Shown here piece by piece: positions 13,001-22,914 of a stretch of DNA of 64,000 nucleotides. A model generated the notes under the pieces. It made no database searches. It had not been told where the DNA came from and saw only the letters and a program-made list of their open reading frames with translations. The stretch comes from Scyliorhinus canicula (lineage: Eukaryota): the NCBI RefSeq assembly GCF_902713615.1, contig NW_024055956.1:1-64000 (forward strand), in the 5' to 3' direction. Position numbers and translations under genes: made by a program. Positions within the stretch are counted from its first letter, which is position 1. Each line of letters opens with the position of its first letter.

Positions 13001-13867
13001 CAACAGGCGGCTGGCTTTGTCTCCGTGTTCGTATAGGGCCCCGCGTGCCTGGCGGAGTTGGTGTACTGCTTTCCTGGTGGAGAGCAGGTCAAAGTTCCTT
13101 TGTAATTCTTTTCTCTCCGCCAGGAGTTCTACAGTCGGGGCCTCGGAGTATTTATGGTCTACCTCCAGTATGGAGTCGACCAGCTTCTGCCTAGCCACCC
13201 TTTCCTCCCTATCTCTTTGCGCTTTGTAGGCTATGATTTCCCCTCTTAGTACGGCCTTAAGCGCTTCCCAGAACGTGGAGGGTGAGACCTCCCCGTTTTG
13301 GTTGATCTCAGTGTACTCCGCTATGGCCTGCGCTATCCTTTCGCTGAAGGCCTTGTCAGCTAGTAAGGCACCGTCCAACCTCCATTTGGGGCGCTGGGCG
13401 CTTCCCGTCTCTAGCCGCACATCCATGTAGTGTGGAGCGTGGTCTGATATCACAATTGCGGAGTATTCCACCTTGTCTATCTCTGGAAGCACCGTTTTCC
13501 CCACCACAAAGAAGTCAATTCTGGTGTACACGTTGTGTACTGGGGAGAAGAAAGAGAATTCTTTCTCCCCCGGGTGGGCGAATCTCCAGGGGTCTACTGC
13601 TCCCATCTGCTCCATATAGTGGCTGAGTTCCCTTGCCATGTTTGAGGTTTTCCCCGTTCTGGGGTTTGATCTGTCCGTCGTTGGGTCCTGTACACAGTTG
13701 AAGTCCCCCCCCATGATTAGTCGGTGCGTCGCTATGTCCGGGATTTCTGCCATGGTCTTTTGGATGAAGCTCGTGTCGTCCCAGTTGGGCGCGTACACGT
13801 TAACTAGAACTACCGGCGCCCCATCCAGGGCCCCGCTGACCATGACATACCGTCCCCCTGGGTCCGT
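10051..13867 (-). mobile_element. Young 5'-truncated L1-clade (L1/Tx1-like) LINE with poly(A) tail and TSD
   Basis: T-run at ~10050-10063. TSD AAAGATTAGTACAAT(TTT) at 10036-10053 and 13868-13885. The empty site reads TTTT/AA, the L1 endonuclease consensus. Confidence 0.96.
10325..13843 (-). CDS. L1 ORF2p (APE endonuclease lacking its N-terminus, RT, CCHC), 1172 aa, uninterrupted
   Basis: EN motifs GGDFN, TRIDFF, SDH. RT motifs LDAEKAFDRV, QGCPLSPLLF, YADD. CERC…H…C zinc knuckle. The frame extends upstream (TDPGGRYV) to the truncation at 13867. Confidence 0.93.
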   Translation of the reverse strand: MVSGALDGAPVVLVNVYAPNWDDTSFIQKTMAEIPDIATHRLIMGGDFNCVQDPTTDRSNPRTGKTSNMARELSHYMEQMGAVDPWRFAHPGEKEFSFFSPVHNVYTRIDFFVVGKTVLPEIDKVEYSAIVISDHAPHYMDVRLETGSAQRPKWRLDGALLADKAFSERIAQAIAEYTEINQNGEVSPSTFWEALKAVLRGEIIAYKAQRDREERVARQKLVDSILEVDHKYSEAPTVELLAERKELQRNFDLLSTRKAVHQLRQARGALYEHGDKASRLLAHQLRKQAASREIAQIRDTRGTLETEPEKINKTFKAFYQELYTSEPPTGKAGMNRFLDGLNIPVVGEGRKRDLEAPLALGEIMESISSMQAGKAPGPDGFPADFYKKFATALAPHMREMFTDSLARGTLPPTLAQASISLIPKKDKDPTECGSYRPISLLNADAKILAKILAKRLEDCVPEVVTEDQTGFVKGRQLTANIRRLLNVIMTPSGERTQEVIVSLDAEKAFDRVEWIYLIEVLERFGLGTGFTAWVKLLYNAPMASVQTNNTNSQYFQLHRGTRQGCPLSPLLFALAIEPLAIALRAAKNWRGIRRGGREHRVSLYADDLLLYISDPQSSMDGIIALLKEFGAFSGYKLNMSKSEIFPLHPQGGGGGAALKGLPFKQARHKFRYLGIQIAHDWKGIHKWNLTSLTEEVKKDLQRWNTLPLSLAGRVQTIKMNVLPRFLFLFRSIPIYIPKAFFKALDKLIMAFVWGGKNARIPKKVLQKTKTRGGLALPNLQFYHWAATAERVRGWIQEPEAEWVRAEEASCMGTSLRALATAALPSPPKKHSSSPVVTATLQSWNQLRQQLGLTKMSNRAPICNNHRFKPALTDATFKRWRQDGGTLTVRDLYTDDRIATLDELTEKFQLAGGNELRYLQLKNFLRKETRTYPQPPRQTLLEDLLDASILEKGNCSDMYDRLVDRDDTVLDATRRKWEDDLGMEIGWGLWSEALHRVNSTSTCARLSLTQLKVVHRAHLTRTRMSRFFPEVEDRCERCQRGPANHAHMFWSCPRLVEYWTAFFEVMSKVVGVRVEPCPIVAVFGVSEQPDLFLGRRADALAFASLIARRRILFGWRSAAPPRAADWLSDLSESLQMEKIKFAIRGSDDGFHRTWEPFMQLFRDLFVANVQEEE

Positions 13868-13899
13868 AAAGATTAGTACAATTTTAAATTAAGTTATAT

Positions 13900-14780
13900 G
13901 GTTCTGGTGTCGCTAGCTGGGCCATGATTTATTGTCCATCGCTAATTGTCTTTCACAAAGTGGTGGTGTGCTACCTATTTGAACCTCCGCAATCACTCTG
14001 GTGTCGGTAAACCGACGGTGTTGTTAGGGAGGGAGTTCTGGTCGTTCGAACCAGCGACACCGAAGATGCTGCGATATATTTCCAAGTCAGGATAGTGAGT
14101 GATTTGGAGGGGAATTTCCAGGTGGTGATCTTCCCATGTGTCAGCTGCCTTTTCCTTCTAGAAATTAATGGGCCTGGGTTGAGAAGGCGTTTCAAATTAG
14201 ACTTGATGGGTTTCTGCGGTGCATCTTGTGGATGGTACATTATTGTCATTGTTCGTCGGTTGTGGATGGAACCTTGCCTCGCACATCTCCTCTAAACTTT
14301 GCCCCACGGACCTTAAACCTATGCTCCCTGGTGACTGACCTCTCCACCCTGGAAATGAATTCCTGCCCATCCATACTATCCATGTCCCTCATAAGAGTGT
14401 TTGTACATAGGGTGACGATCAAGTGGACTGCTTTGACCTGGATGGTGTCAAGCTTCTTCAATGTTATTGGAGCTGCACCCAGCCAGGCAACTGGAGAGTA
14501 TTCAATTACACTCCTGTCTTGTGCCTTGTAGATGGTGAACAGGCTTTGGGAGTCAGGAGTGAGTTACTTGCCGCAGGTTTCCTAGACCCTGACCGGATTA
14601 TGTCGCCTCAGCAATTATATGGTCAGTCCAGGACAGTTTCTGGTCAATGTTAACCCCAGGGTATTGATAGAAGGGGATTCAGCGATGACAATATCACTGA
14701 ATGTCAAGGAGAGATTGTTGGATTCTATTTTGGTGGAGATGGTCATTCTTTAGCACTTCCGTGGCGAATGTTACCAATTG
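13900..14780 (-). mobile_element. Decayed L2/CR1-group LINE 3' remnant (composite, with a CR1 piece at ~14250-14410)
   Basis: Same family as 5920-7260 and 24540-25760. ORF 14246-14461 shows CR1-like 'HRFKVRGAKFRGDVR'. Confidence 0.6.
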
Positions 14781-14982
14781 TCACAATTCAGAAAGTTAAA
14801 TAATTAAATATATCAATTATGATCAACTCACAACATAAATAGTTACATTCACAAATTATTTTCGGCATTTGGTTTTACAAAATGTAAATGCAATTCATTG
14901 AAGGGAGGTGGATTTGAGACCTGGAAGAGATCAGCCACGATGATTGTGAAATTCCGACTTCTGCTCCTCATTCCTATAGAAC

Positions 14983-15075
14983 AGTACAGCACAGAACAGG
15001 CCCTTCGGCCCTCGATGTTGTGCCGAGCAATGATCACCCTACTCAAACCCATGTATCCACCCTATACCCGTAACC
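14983..15075 (-). mobile_element. HE1 SINE/CR1 3' tail fragment
   Basis: ATAGAACAGTACAGCACAGAACAGGCCCTTCGGCCC is the reverse complement of the tail at ~54925-54960. Confidence 0.85.
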
Positions 15076-15215
15076 CAAAATTGAGAATGTAGAACAACAT
15101 CTTTCAGACCATCTATCTATCCATCCAACAACCACATTCATTGAGTCCTCAATCAAAATATTCAGGCATCCAACCAACATCCATCCCTACAAAAAAGCAG
15201 TCATCCCTTTATCTT

Positions 15216-15560
15216 TGGGCATGTGGTGGTGTAGTATTCATGTTATTGAACCAGTAATCCAGAGGCCCAGGCTAATTCTGCGGGGACTCAGGTACAAATC
15301 CCACCATGGCCGGTGGTGGAATTTGAATTCAATTAATAAATTTGGAATACATAATAATGGTGACCATGAAATCCCCTCTGCTTCATCAATGAAGGAAATC
15401 TGACATCCCTCCCTGGTCTCACCTACATGTGGCTCCAGTTGGACAGCAACACATCTGACTCTTCAGTTCCTTCTGAGCTGGCCCACTCCGTTCAACAGCA
15501 ATTAGGGACATGGATCACATGGTGGTCTTGTCAGTGAGTCCCACATTCCATGGAAGAATA
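15216..15560 (+). mobile_element. tRNA-derived SINE with L2-like tail
   Basis: Head GGGCATGTGGTGGTGTAG…CAAATCCCACCATGG. Tail GCAATTAGGGA…GTCAGTGAGTCCCACATTCC resembles the LINE tail at ~25700. Confidence 0.6.
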
Positions 15561-17266
15561 AAGGGAAAAAAACATAACTGCACATGTTTATCTATTACAA
15601 AATGTATCCCGTCTGATTGTCTGAATGTATTTCTATCCATCATCACAATGTTATGAGGTGTGGGAGAGATCCTCCAGCCGGTTAGTATTGTTAAGAGAGG
15701 CTAGAAAAGCTGGATAACTCTCCTTTCCTTAGAGATGGGAACAGTTCAAATAAGTTCACAATTTAAAACATAAAAAGATCTCCAGTACTGTTGCTGGGTA
15801 GATTTGTTTATAAATAGTCCTCATTGACAATGTTAAGAGTTTGAAATTGGCTTGCAGCCAAGCGGTCAGTACTGAGCCAACAGATCTCTGAAAAAAATAC
15901 AGATGCTTCCTGTAAACAACATTGAACATTCGAGCCTCCCTGACTGCAGGCGGCTGGATTGCTGCCAAATACTGTGTGGGGCAGATTAACCTGAATATGA
16001 ATGGATTAAATGGGATTTATCCATTCAAACAATAAATGTTTCAGTCTCACATGAACTAAACGTTTTAAATGGTGATCCATGCAAAGAAATATATTCACTG
16101 AATGTTTTGTTCACCCTGAGATTAAACATGATCGGAAAATAGAAACCTGACCAGATGCTATTTAATTTATATTAGTTCTGAGTAAAGGTCGCTCTAGTTA
16201 TTAAAGTCCATTTGTTAAGAACCTAATGAAGTGAGAGTGAGTGGTATTGATGGACCCAACCCATAAGTTCAATAAGATGACTCCAATTACAAAAAATAAA
16301 ATAAAATAAATTAAAAGTAAATAAACTGCATTGAACTCGCGAGGAATCCAGGAATATTCTCCGAGTTGTTGATCTCCTTTAAACGGAGTCGTCTCTTATA
16401 CCCGATTAACACCGTGTTCTGTACAGTTTAATTTGTCTGGATTTCAATAATTTAACAGTCCCTCTTATTGCTGCCAACGAGTGGAGAAATGACCAGTTCA
16501 TGACCTGCTTTAGTGGAGAATAAAACATTTATTCTTCTGATATTGCTTAATCTGCCGCAAAGTCCTGATGTCCTGTGTTCCCAAAACCAGTGAATGTTAG
16601 ACAGCCGGTGGTCAGTAAAATTAGCGGCAATGATTTGGATGCTGAAGGATAACTTTGCTGATCGCCGCGTCCGTTCTGATTCATTAACTTCTCTGTCAAA
16701 AGCTGGTGTGAATTTTATGTTTCTCTGTCAACTCACTGCTCAATAATCTGGCAAGCGGCTTCTTTTACCGCCAATGTTCACAGGACTGTCTGAGGCTCAG
16801 GGGCAGTTCGAGAAATAGCAGGAGAGACATTGTGTAATGTGAGAGTTTCTTCTTGTCCCCAGACCTACATTGTTTAATGATAGTCGTGCACCATTTAAAT
16901 CGAATCACTTTATTCATTGCCCGTATTTAGTTACAGAATTCGAGAACAACTCTTCTGATAAATTATAAGTTATTGTTTTAATTGGATAGAGACCCAGAGT
17001 TGTTGCAAATTAGACAGACAGACGTCTTATTCCCTGTTAATATAATTCCATCTGTTTGTGATCATCCACTTATGTTGGAGTACAGAAATAAAGGACTGAA
17101 TTTACAATGGAATTAAGTTTAATTAACAGATGCGAAAATATAATTTCACCAATAGGATGACGAGAGACATTACAATGAATCCATTCAGACAAACAAATAT
17201 CCCGATACAGATAAATGTCTATTTTAATAATAACCTATAGTAAATCTCTGGGTCCTTTCAGTTGTT

Positions 17267-17374
17267 GGGGGGGGGGGGGTGGTGGAAGGTGGGACGTGGG
17301 TCCAGGCGCCGCCTCCACCAGGCAATCAACAGGCGGCGCCTGGAAAGCCGCCCCCTTCTGCCGGGTATTTAAAT
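17267..17374 (+). promoter_or_regulatory. Candidate VH promoter: G13 run, 14-bp inverted repeat, TATA-like TATTTAAAT (17366-17374)
   Basis: Lies ~90-200 bp upstream of the leader ATG. No exact octamer seen. Function is inferred from position. Confidence 0.55.
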
Positions 17375-17464
17375 GCCGCTCACTGGGAGCCGAATCCAAC
17401 AGTCCGGGAGCTGGTTTGTTCACTGAGTTCCTGACACAACCATTCCCCCCAAATGACCAGAAGG

Positions 17465-17510
17465 ATGAGGTGGGCCATTTCTCTCAGTTTGTTGCTGACT
17501 TTCTTATCCC
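17465..17510 (+). CDS. IGHV: IgH VH leader exon (MRWAISLSLLLTFLS, phase 1)
   Basis: ATG at 17465, hydrophobic peptide, donor C|GTGAGT. A 128-bp intron ends TTTTACAG at 17638. Confidence 0.96.
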
Positions 17511-17638
17511 GTGAGTAGTTTTTATTGTCCAAGTCTCTCACTGTTACTGTCTCAGTGTTAGTCTCTCTCTGGAATGTTCCAGAGTCACCAATCATTTCAC
17601 CAGCATTAATCCTCGGGCTTTTTGATATATTTTTACAG

Positions 17639-17943
17639 GTGTCCAGTCGGATGTTGTGTTGACTCAGCCAGAGGCAGAGACCGGGCGTCCCGGAGGCTCC
17701 CTGACACTGACCTGTAAAACCAGCGGCTTCGACCTTGGCAGCGCCGGCATGCACTGGGTCCGGCAGGTTCCCGGACAGGGGCTGGAGTGGTTGGTATATT
17801 ACTATACTTCATCCAGCAACAACTACGCCCCAGCCATTAAAGATCGATTCACTGCGTCCAAAGACACTTCAAGCAACATCTTCTCTTTGGCCATGACGAA
17901 CCTGAAGACCGAAGACACCGCCATCTATTACTGTGCAAGAGAC
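17639..17943 (+). CDS. IGHV: IgH VH exon, germline, open
   Basis: (R)[52 protein letters not shown]…DTAIYYCAR. Canonical Cys/Trp/Cys. Confidence 0.98.
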
Positions 17944-17982
17944 CACAGCGAGAGGAACCAGGGCTGGACCCGCACAAGAACA
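17944..17982 (+). promoter_or_regulatory. VH 3' RSS, 23-bp spacer
   Basis: CACAGCG - 23 nt - ACAAGAACA. Confidence 0.92.
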
Positions 17983-18337
17983 GCTCGAGAGGGAATTCAG
18001 CAACTTGCACCTTAATCTGAAGGTCAGTACTTGATCCAAATGTAATATTAATGCCAGTGATCAGAATCAAAGCACACGCTGCTTCTTACATAACTAACAC
18101 AGAGAAAATTAAACTGTAAAACTTAACAAACCAATGAGCTTTTGGCTGTTTATATTGACTGTTCACAGTTTCAGCAATTAGAGACTTGCCTATATCCTGG
18201 TTTTATTATTTCTGATTCTTGGAGAAAGTGTATGTACATTGGGTTTTATAAACTGCTGTCAAATTATAAATTGGATCAGAAGTAAACGTGTATTTGAAGT
18301 GAATATTGAGCGGCAGGATTGAACAGAGAGTGAGTGC

Positions 18338-18415
18338 AGTTTTTGTGCGGGTGTCTGTCACTGTGACTACAGTGGGTCACAGTGCTGTGCACAGCGACAT
18401 CCTCATACAAAAACC
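18338..18415 (+). other. D1 segment (ACTACAGTGGGT, 18366-18377) with 12-RSS (5') and 22-RSS (3')
   Basis: AGTTTTTGT-12-CACTGTG | D | CACAGTG-22-ACAAAAACC. Reads TTVG/LQW/YSG with no stops. Confidence 0.96.
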
Positions 18416-18713
18416 TCAGTGAAAGAGCTTGTTCAAATTGGTGATCAAGGCCACAGCAGGATTTTCAACTTAAATGAGGCTTAAATAAAACACAATATTA
18501 GTTTATAAAAAGGTATAAAAATCTTCCACTTTATCTCTGTTGACCGACACACTATATCTGCACAGAGGGTTTAAAAGTGTTCTGGCCCTCTTTATAAATT
18601 TAATGACCAGGACAAGCTGAAATAACTCACCCATTCGCTCTTGGAAGAGACAGAGTTAGTTTTTGAGGGAGCAGTGAATTTAAATCTCTGTTTTTTAGTC
18701 AACAGTCTGCCGC

Positions 18714-18779
18714 AGTATTTGACACGCTGTGTCTCATTGTGACAACTGGGGCACAGCAGTTACTGTCAATACAAAAAGC
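18714..18779 (+). other. D2 segment (ACAACTGGGG, 18742-18751) with 12/12 RSS
   Basis: AGTATTTGA-12-CATTGTG | D | CACAGCA-12-ACAAAAAGC. Confidence 0.93.
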
Positions 18780-19096
18780 CCCTCAGCACTAATTCACTGA
18801 GGCTGGCTCAGTGCTCGCTTTTACAATCCAACTTTATTTACAGTGATGTATTACTGTCCAGCACTGACAAAATGATAAGAATTAATATGGAAATTTGGTG
18901 GTCGTTATTTAGTCACAGTTGGTGTTTTCAATAGCATTTCCATGTCTGAAATATAAAACATTCAGTCATTTATGAAGCGATAACGGTATCCACAAATATT
19001 CATATAATTTCCTGAAAATTAATCGTGAATTTTCTTTGCCGTTGGTTTGTGAATATTTAAAATAATGGTGGATTTCTGTCTATTTTGTGCAGGTGC

Positions 19097-19135
19097 GGTT
19101 ATTGTATGGAGCTGCCCAGGGAATATGACACTGTG
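19097..19135 (-). promoter_or_regulatory. JH 5' RSS, 23-bp spacer
   Basis: GGTTATTGT-23-CACTGTG on the + strand. Confidence 0.94.
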
Positions 19136-19183
19136 ACTATCTCGACTACTGGGGACAGGGGACCATGGTGACGGTGACTGCAG
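19136..19183 (+). CDS. IGHJ: JH segment (YLDYWGQGTMVTVTA)
   Basis: WGxG motif, donor G|GTAAGA, phase 1. Confidence 0.98.
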
Positions 19184-19249
19184 GTAAGAACCATTCCGTC
19201 ATTTACCAACTGTTTTACTTGAGTATTTGTTTTATATTTTTCTGCATTT

Positions 19250-20600
19250 TCAAAACCCATTCGTTCACTGAAATGTGTTTTGGTGGATCATGTATTGAGA
19301 TGTTGTTGCAATGTTTCATTTGATTCTGATGAAAGGGGGATATAGAATCCCGCAGTTTCTTGACAGAAAGATGCTGCTGAGGGATTCAGTCCCTGTTTGC
19401 TGTGATTTGATGTTTATTTGCTGAGGATACTGTGTGGCTGGGTTACTTTAAATACAAAACGTGTGTTTTTACGATGTTTAATCTCGGTTCTATCTAATGT
19501 CTGCAGTTTGTACCGTCTTCTGCACAAGTGTTTGAGATCTAACCCAATATTAACAAAATGTGGTAAAGTTTCTCCATTATCTTATTGAATATGATGCGCT
19601 TACTGACAATGCTGATGTTATTATTCAATTTTTGTGCTTCGTTTAATTCTTCATTCATTTGATGACATGAGGGTTTGGTGCATTCTGGTTTGAGATTTTC
19701 TTGCAATGTTTCATTTGGTTCTGTTGAAAGGGGTTGTAGAACTGAGCTGCTTCTCTATGGTGCTTCACTCATTCGGTGATGTGTTTTGGTGTTTTTCTGC
19801 TGAGGAATGTTTTTGGGTGACTTTGAATCGGAAGATTTGTGAAACGGTTTGGCGTGTCTGTATTGTTTCAACTCGGTGACGCTGAGCGGTAACACGATTT
19901 GTGATTGAATGCAGAGTATACATGTTGGAAACTGCTTGGTGTAGGCTTGTAGGCAGAGAACAGGGAGGCTGTTTCTGCATCTTGAAAAAAAAGTGAAATT
20001 GCAGATTAAACTAAGCCACGTTCTGCGACAAAGCCTTTCCGAACACAGGTTGTTGCTGCAATCACAGTTTGCCGTTTGTGCAATGTTTCATCTCCGTGGC
20101 ATCTGATGGTTGCAGCTTTTACCATCTCCTGCAAACATTAAAAGCATTTAAATGTGTTTGAAAAATGACTCGATATGAAAAAATGTGGTAAAGTTCCAAT
20201 AATTCTTTGTTAATATTCCAGCTCCTCACAATGCTATTGCTGTTATTCCACATTTATGTTTAGTTTAATAATTCAATGGCGACGAGCTGGTTTGCTGGAT
20301 ATTTATATTTTCTTGCAATATTAAGTTTGATCCAGTTCGATGTAGAATTGAGCTGCTTCTCAATAAACGGGTATCAGTCCTTCATTGATGTGATTTCGTG
20401 TTTTGTTCTTCTGGGGAGATTGTGTATCTGGGTGACTTTAAATGATTAAGATTGGTCAAACGGTTCACCGTTTCTCCATTGTTTCTGCATTGTTTAAACT
20501 CGGTGACACTGAGCGGTTACACGTTTTCTGATTGAATGCAAACAGCCTAGGCGTTTGAAAATGCTTGAAGGGCGATTGTCGGGAGAAAACAGACAGGCTT
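19250..20600 (+). repeat. Decayed ~610-630-bp tandem duplication plus a partial third copy
   Basis: AAAATGTGGTAAAGTT at 19555 and 20179. CTCGGTGAC.CTGAGCGGT at 19872 and 20499. TGTAGAA.TGAGCTGCTTCTC at 19735 and 20341. Confidence 0.75.
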
Positions 20601-22659
20601 AAGAAAATAATCTAATAAAGATATATTGATGCATTTTGTAATTTTAACTGATGCTTCCAGATTAAACAAAATAGTGACTGAAACGCCCATGCAGAACATA
20701 GTAACATTTATATAATTCAAACAATTGCAATGCGGTGATACAACTCCATATTAACCAAAAGTTATTATATATTAATATCATTCATCATTAATCACCTTTC
20801 ACAATCCTGCTGTGTTCCGCACGAGGTTAACATGACCGGGCAGGTTTCTAGGCTGGAAATAATTTGTAATTCCAGTTATTCAATTATTTCTGTGCCGCTG
20901 CAACTATATTATACCTTCACTGTGATTTGTAGTTGGATAGCGAGGTAATTATCGCTAATCTAACCTGAACCCGTTTTCTGAAGTGTGGAAGTCGCTGCCA
21001 ATCAAGGAATTGTTCCGATGATTTTATTTATATTGTAGGAAAGTTCAGATTGTCTGTGGCAAGAGATTGAAAAGTAAAAGCTTGAATGTCAAACCGATAT
21101 ATTTATTTATTTACAAAAGGTTAACAGTACCTCTGCATTTTATAATGACATCCTGTCTCCCATAGCTGTGCTCTACACACGATAGAATTATAGGAAGAAC
21201 AGATGATAGGAAAGAAAGAATGATTATATCTTAGCTTTCGGCTTAAATTTTATTAAATGCTAAATTCAGCAACAAATTATCCACTCCATTTGCTGAAAAT
21301 GGATGAGTTTTGCAAATGATTTGAATAAATATTACTGAGCTATTCTCGTTATATTCATTACTTTCTGAGAATAGATGGAGTTTATGATTTATCAATGTGT
21401 TCAGAAAGGCGCATATTTTACACATTTGTAGGTCGAATAGAGCAATTGGAGTAAAAAATAAAATAAAATGTGAATAGAGTCAAGTAAATGTTAAGATGTT
21501 TCCATCGAGTAATTTGGAGTTTATTGTTCAACATTGTTTGATTGTCAGGTTGTTTTAATTAAATCCCAATTATTTCACAAAGCTCTGGGTGAAAACAAAT
21601 TGGGGATTATTGAATGCTATTTTTATCATATTTATTATTATAGTACAGATAATCTGATAAAGAAATAGCTGACAATTAACAATAACTTACAGTACAATAT
21701 CAGTGAGAACTAATTCAGCATAAATTACCTCTTACAATTGAGTTGTATCCTAGCGTGCAATATCTCAAAGGTTTTAAAGAGTTTTAATAATATCTGTAAT
21801 TAATTTAGGAAACAATACATTTCTTTACACTGCTGTGTGCAGCTCAGTTCTTTTGCTGATTACATTCTTTTGCCCTGATTATTTTGCTGATTATATTTAG
21901 TTGTGTTTTTAGATCATATTAGTGGGTAATGTGAATATTTTCTGGTTTGTTTAATTATTGCCCTGTCACTGTGTCTCTGTTAAGTCATTAATCTACCCTG
22001 GATCTGTAATATTTCATCTGCTCATTTTCAGCAAAACTACTTTTTGCCCAATTATCGAGTTTTGAGATAGACAGAGAGAAATAGTTAAAAACCGAATGCA
22101 GTTTTGAAATTAATGTCAGTTTAATTTCAAATAAATTACTGAATTATTGTTGTCGGAAGTTGGCCATTGATCAATTAGAATCAAACAGTTTCATGAAACT
22201 GACAGATTGAACAGATCTATCTGCTGGAACTCGATTGTTGCCATTTGTGTCTGTTCAGTTTCTGTGCGCGCGGTCACTGTGCTGGGACCAGGAATCTTCC
22301 TGACTGGTTGTAAATCTTCTAATTCATTTTCCAGTATTCCAGGGAGTGCAATTTGATCAAGTCCTTCAATAAAACTTGTATATGTGTGGAATGTGGAAAT
22401 TGTACTTGATGTTTGACAAGGCGACTCAGAAAGGTGATTCCTCATCCAGATTGTGACAGAAAGAATTCAGCGACGCCAGACAGGCTGGAGAAGGAGATTT
22501 AGTTGATTTTTAAGCAGTGATATATTGGTCTTGGGAATTTTCGATTAGGCAACGCAGAGAGAGATTTACTGGGTTACATTCCGTGCTACGGCAGTCCTTG
22601 ATCTATTTAATGGGTCAGTGCAGCGGAGAAATCCCTTTGCATTTTATTTTTAATCCTAT

Positions 22660-22900
22660 CCTAGGATTTTGGAGGCGCTGGCAAGGCTAGATTTTATTAT
22701 ATATGCCGAAGTGTCCCCCCGGAAAGTTTAGATGTGAAACATCCTTGAATAATTGCAGTCCATGTTGCGGAGGGACATTCGCGATATTGTCAGGGAGGGA
22801 GTTCCAGAATTTTGACTCGGCGACAGTGAAGGAATGATGGTGTATTCCTAAATCAGGATGGTGAGTGTCTTTGAAGGGAACTTGCAGGTTTTGGTGCACC
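22660..22900 (-). mobile_element. L2/CR1-group LINE 3' tail remnant
   Basis: Reverse complement matches the tail family at 25500-25760. Confidence 0.6.
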
Positions 22901-22914
22901 CATGCATCGATACA

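Noticed and set aside
10344-13892. Antisense and alternate-frame ORFs over L1 (also over the ZNF arrays and SINEs)
   Set aside because: Shadow ORFs of the real reading frames or of repeats.
14110-14119. Perfect kB site GGGAATTTCC
   Set aside because: Inside a LINE remnant with no supporting context.
22257-22305. RSS-like AGTTTCTGT-9-CACTGTG followed by GGA CCA GGA (J-like GPG)
   Set aside because: The 9-nt spacer fits neither 12 nor 23, there is no F/W before GxG, and the donor is weak. Probably chance.
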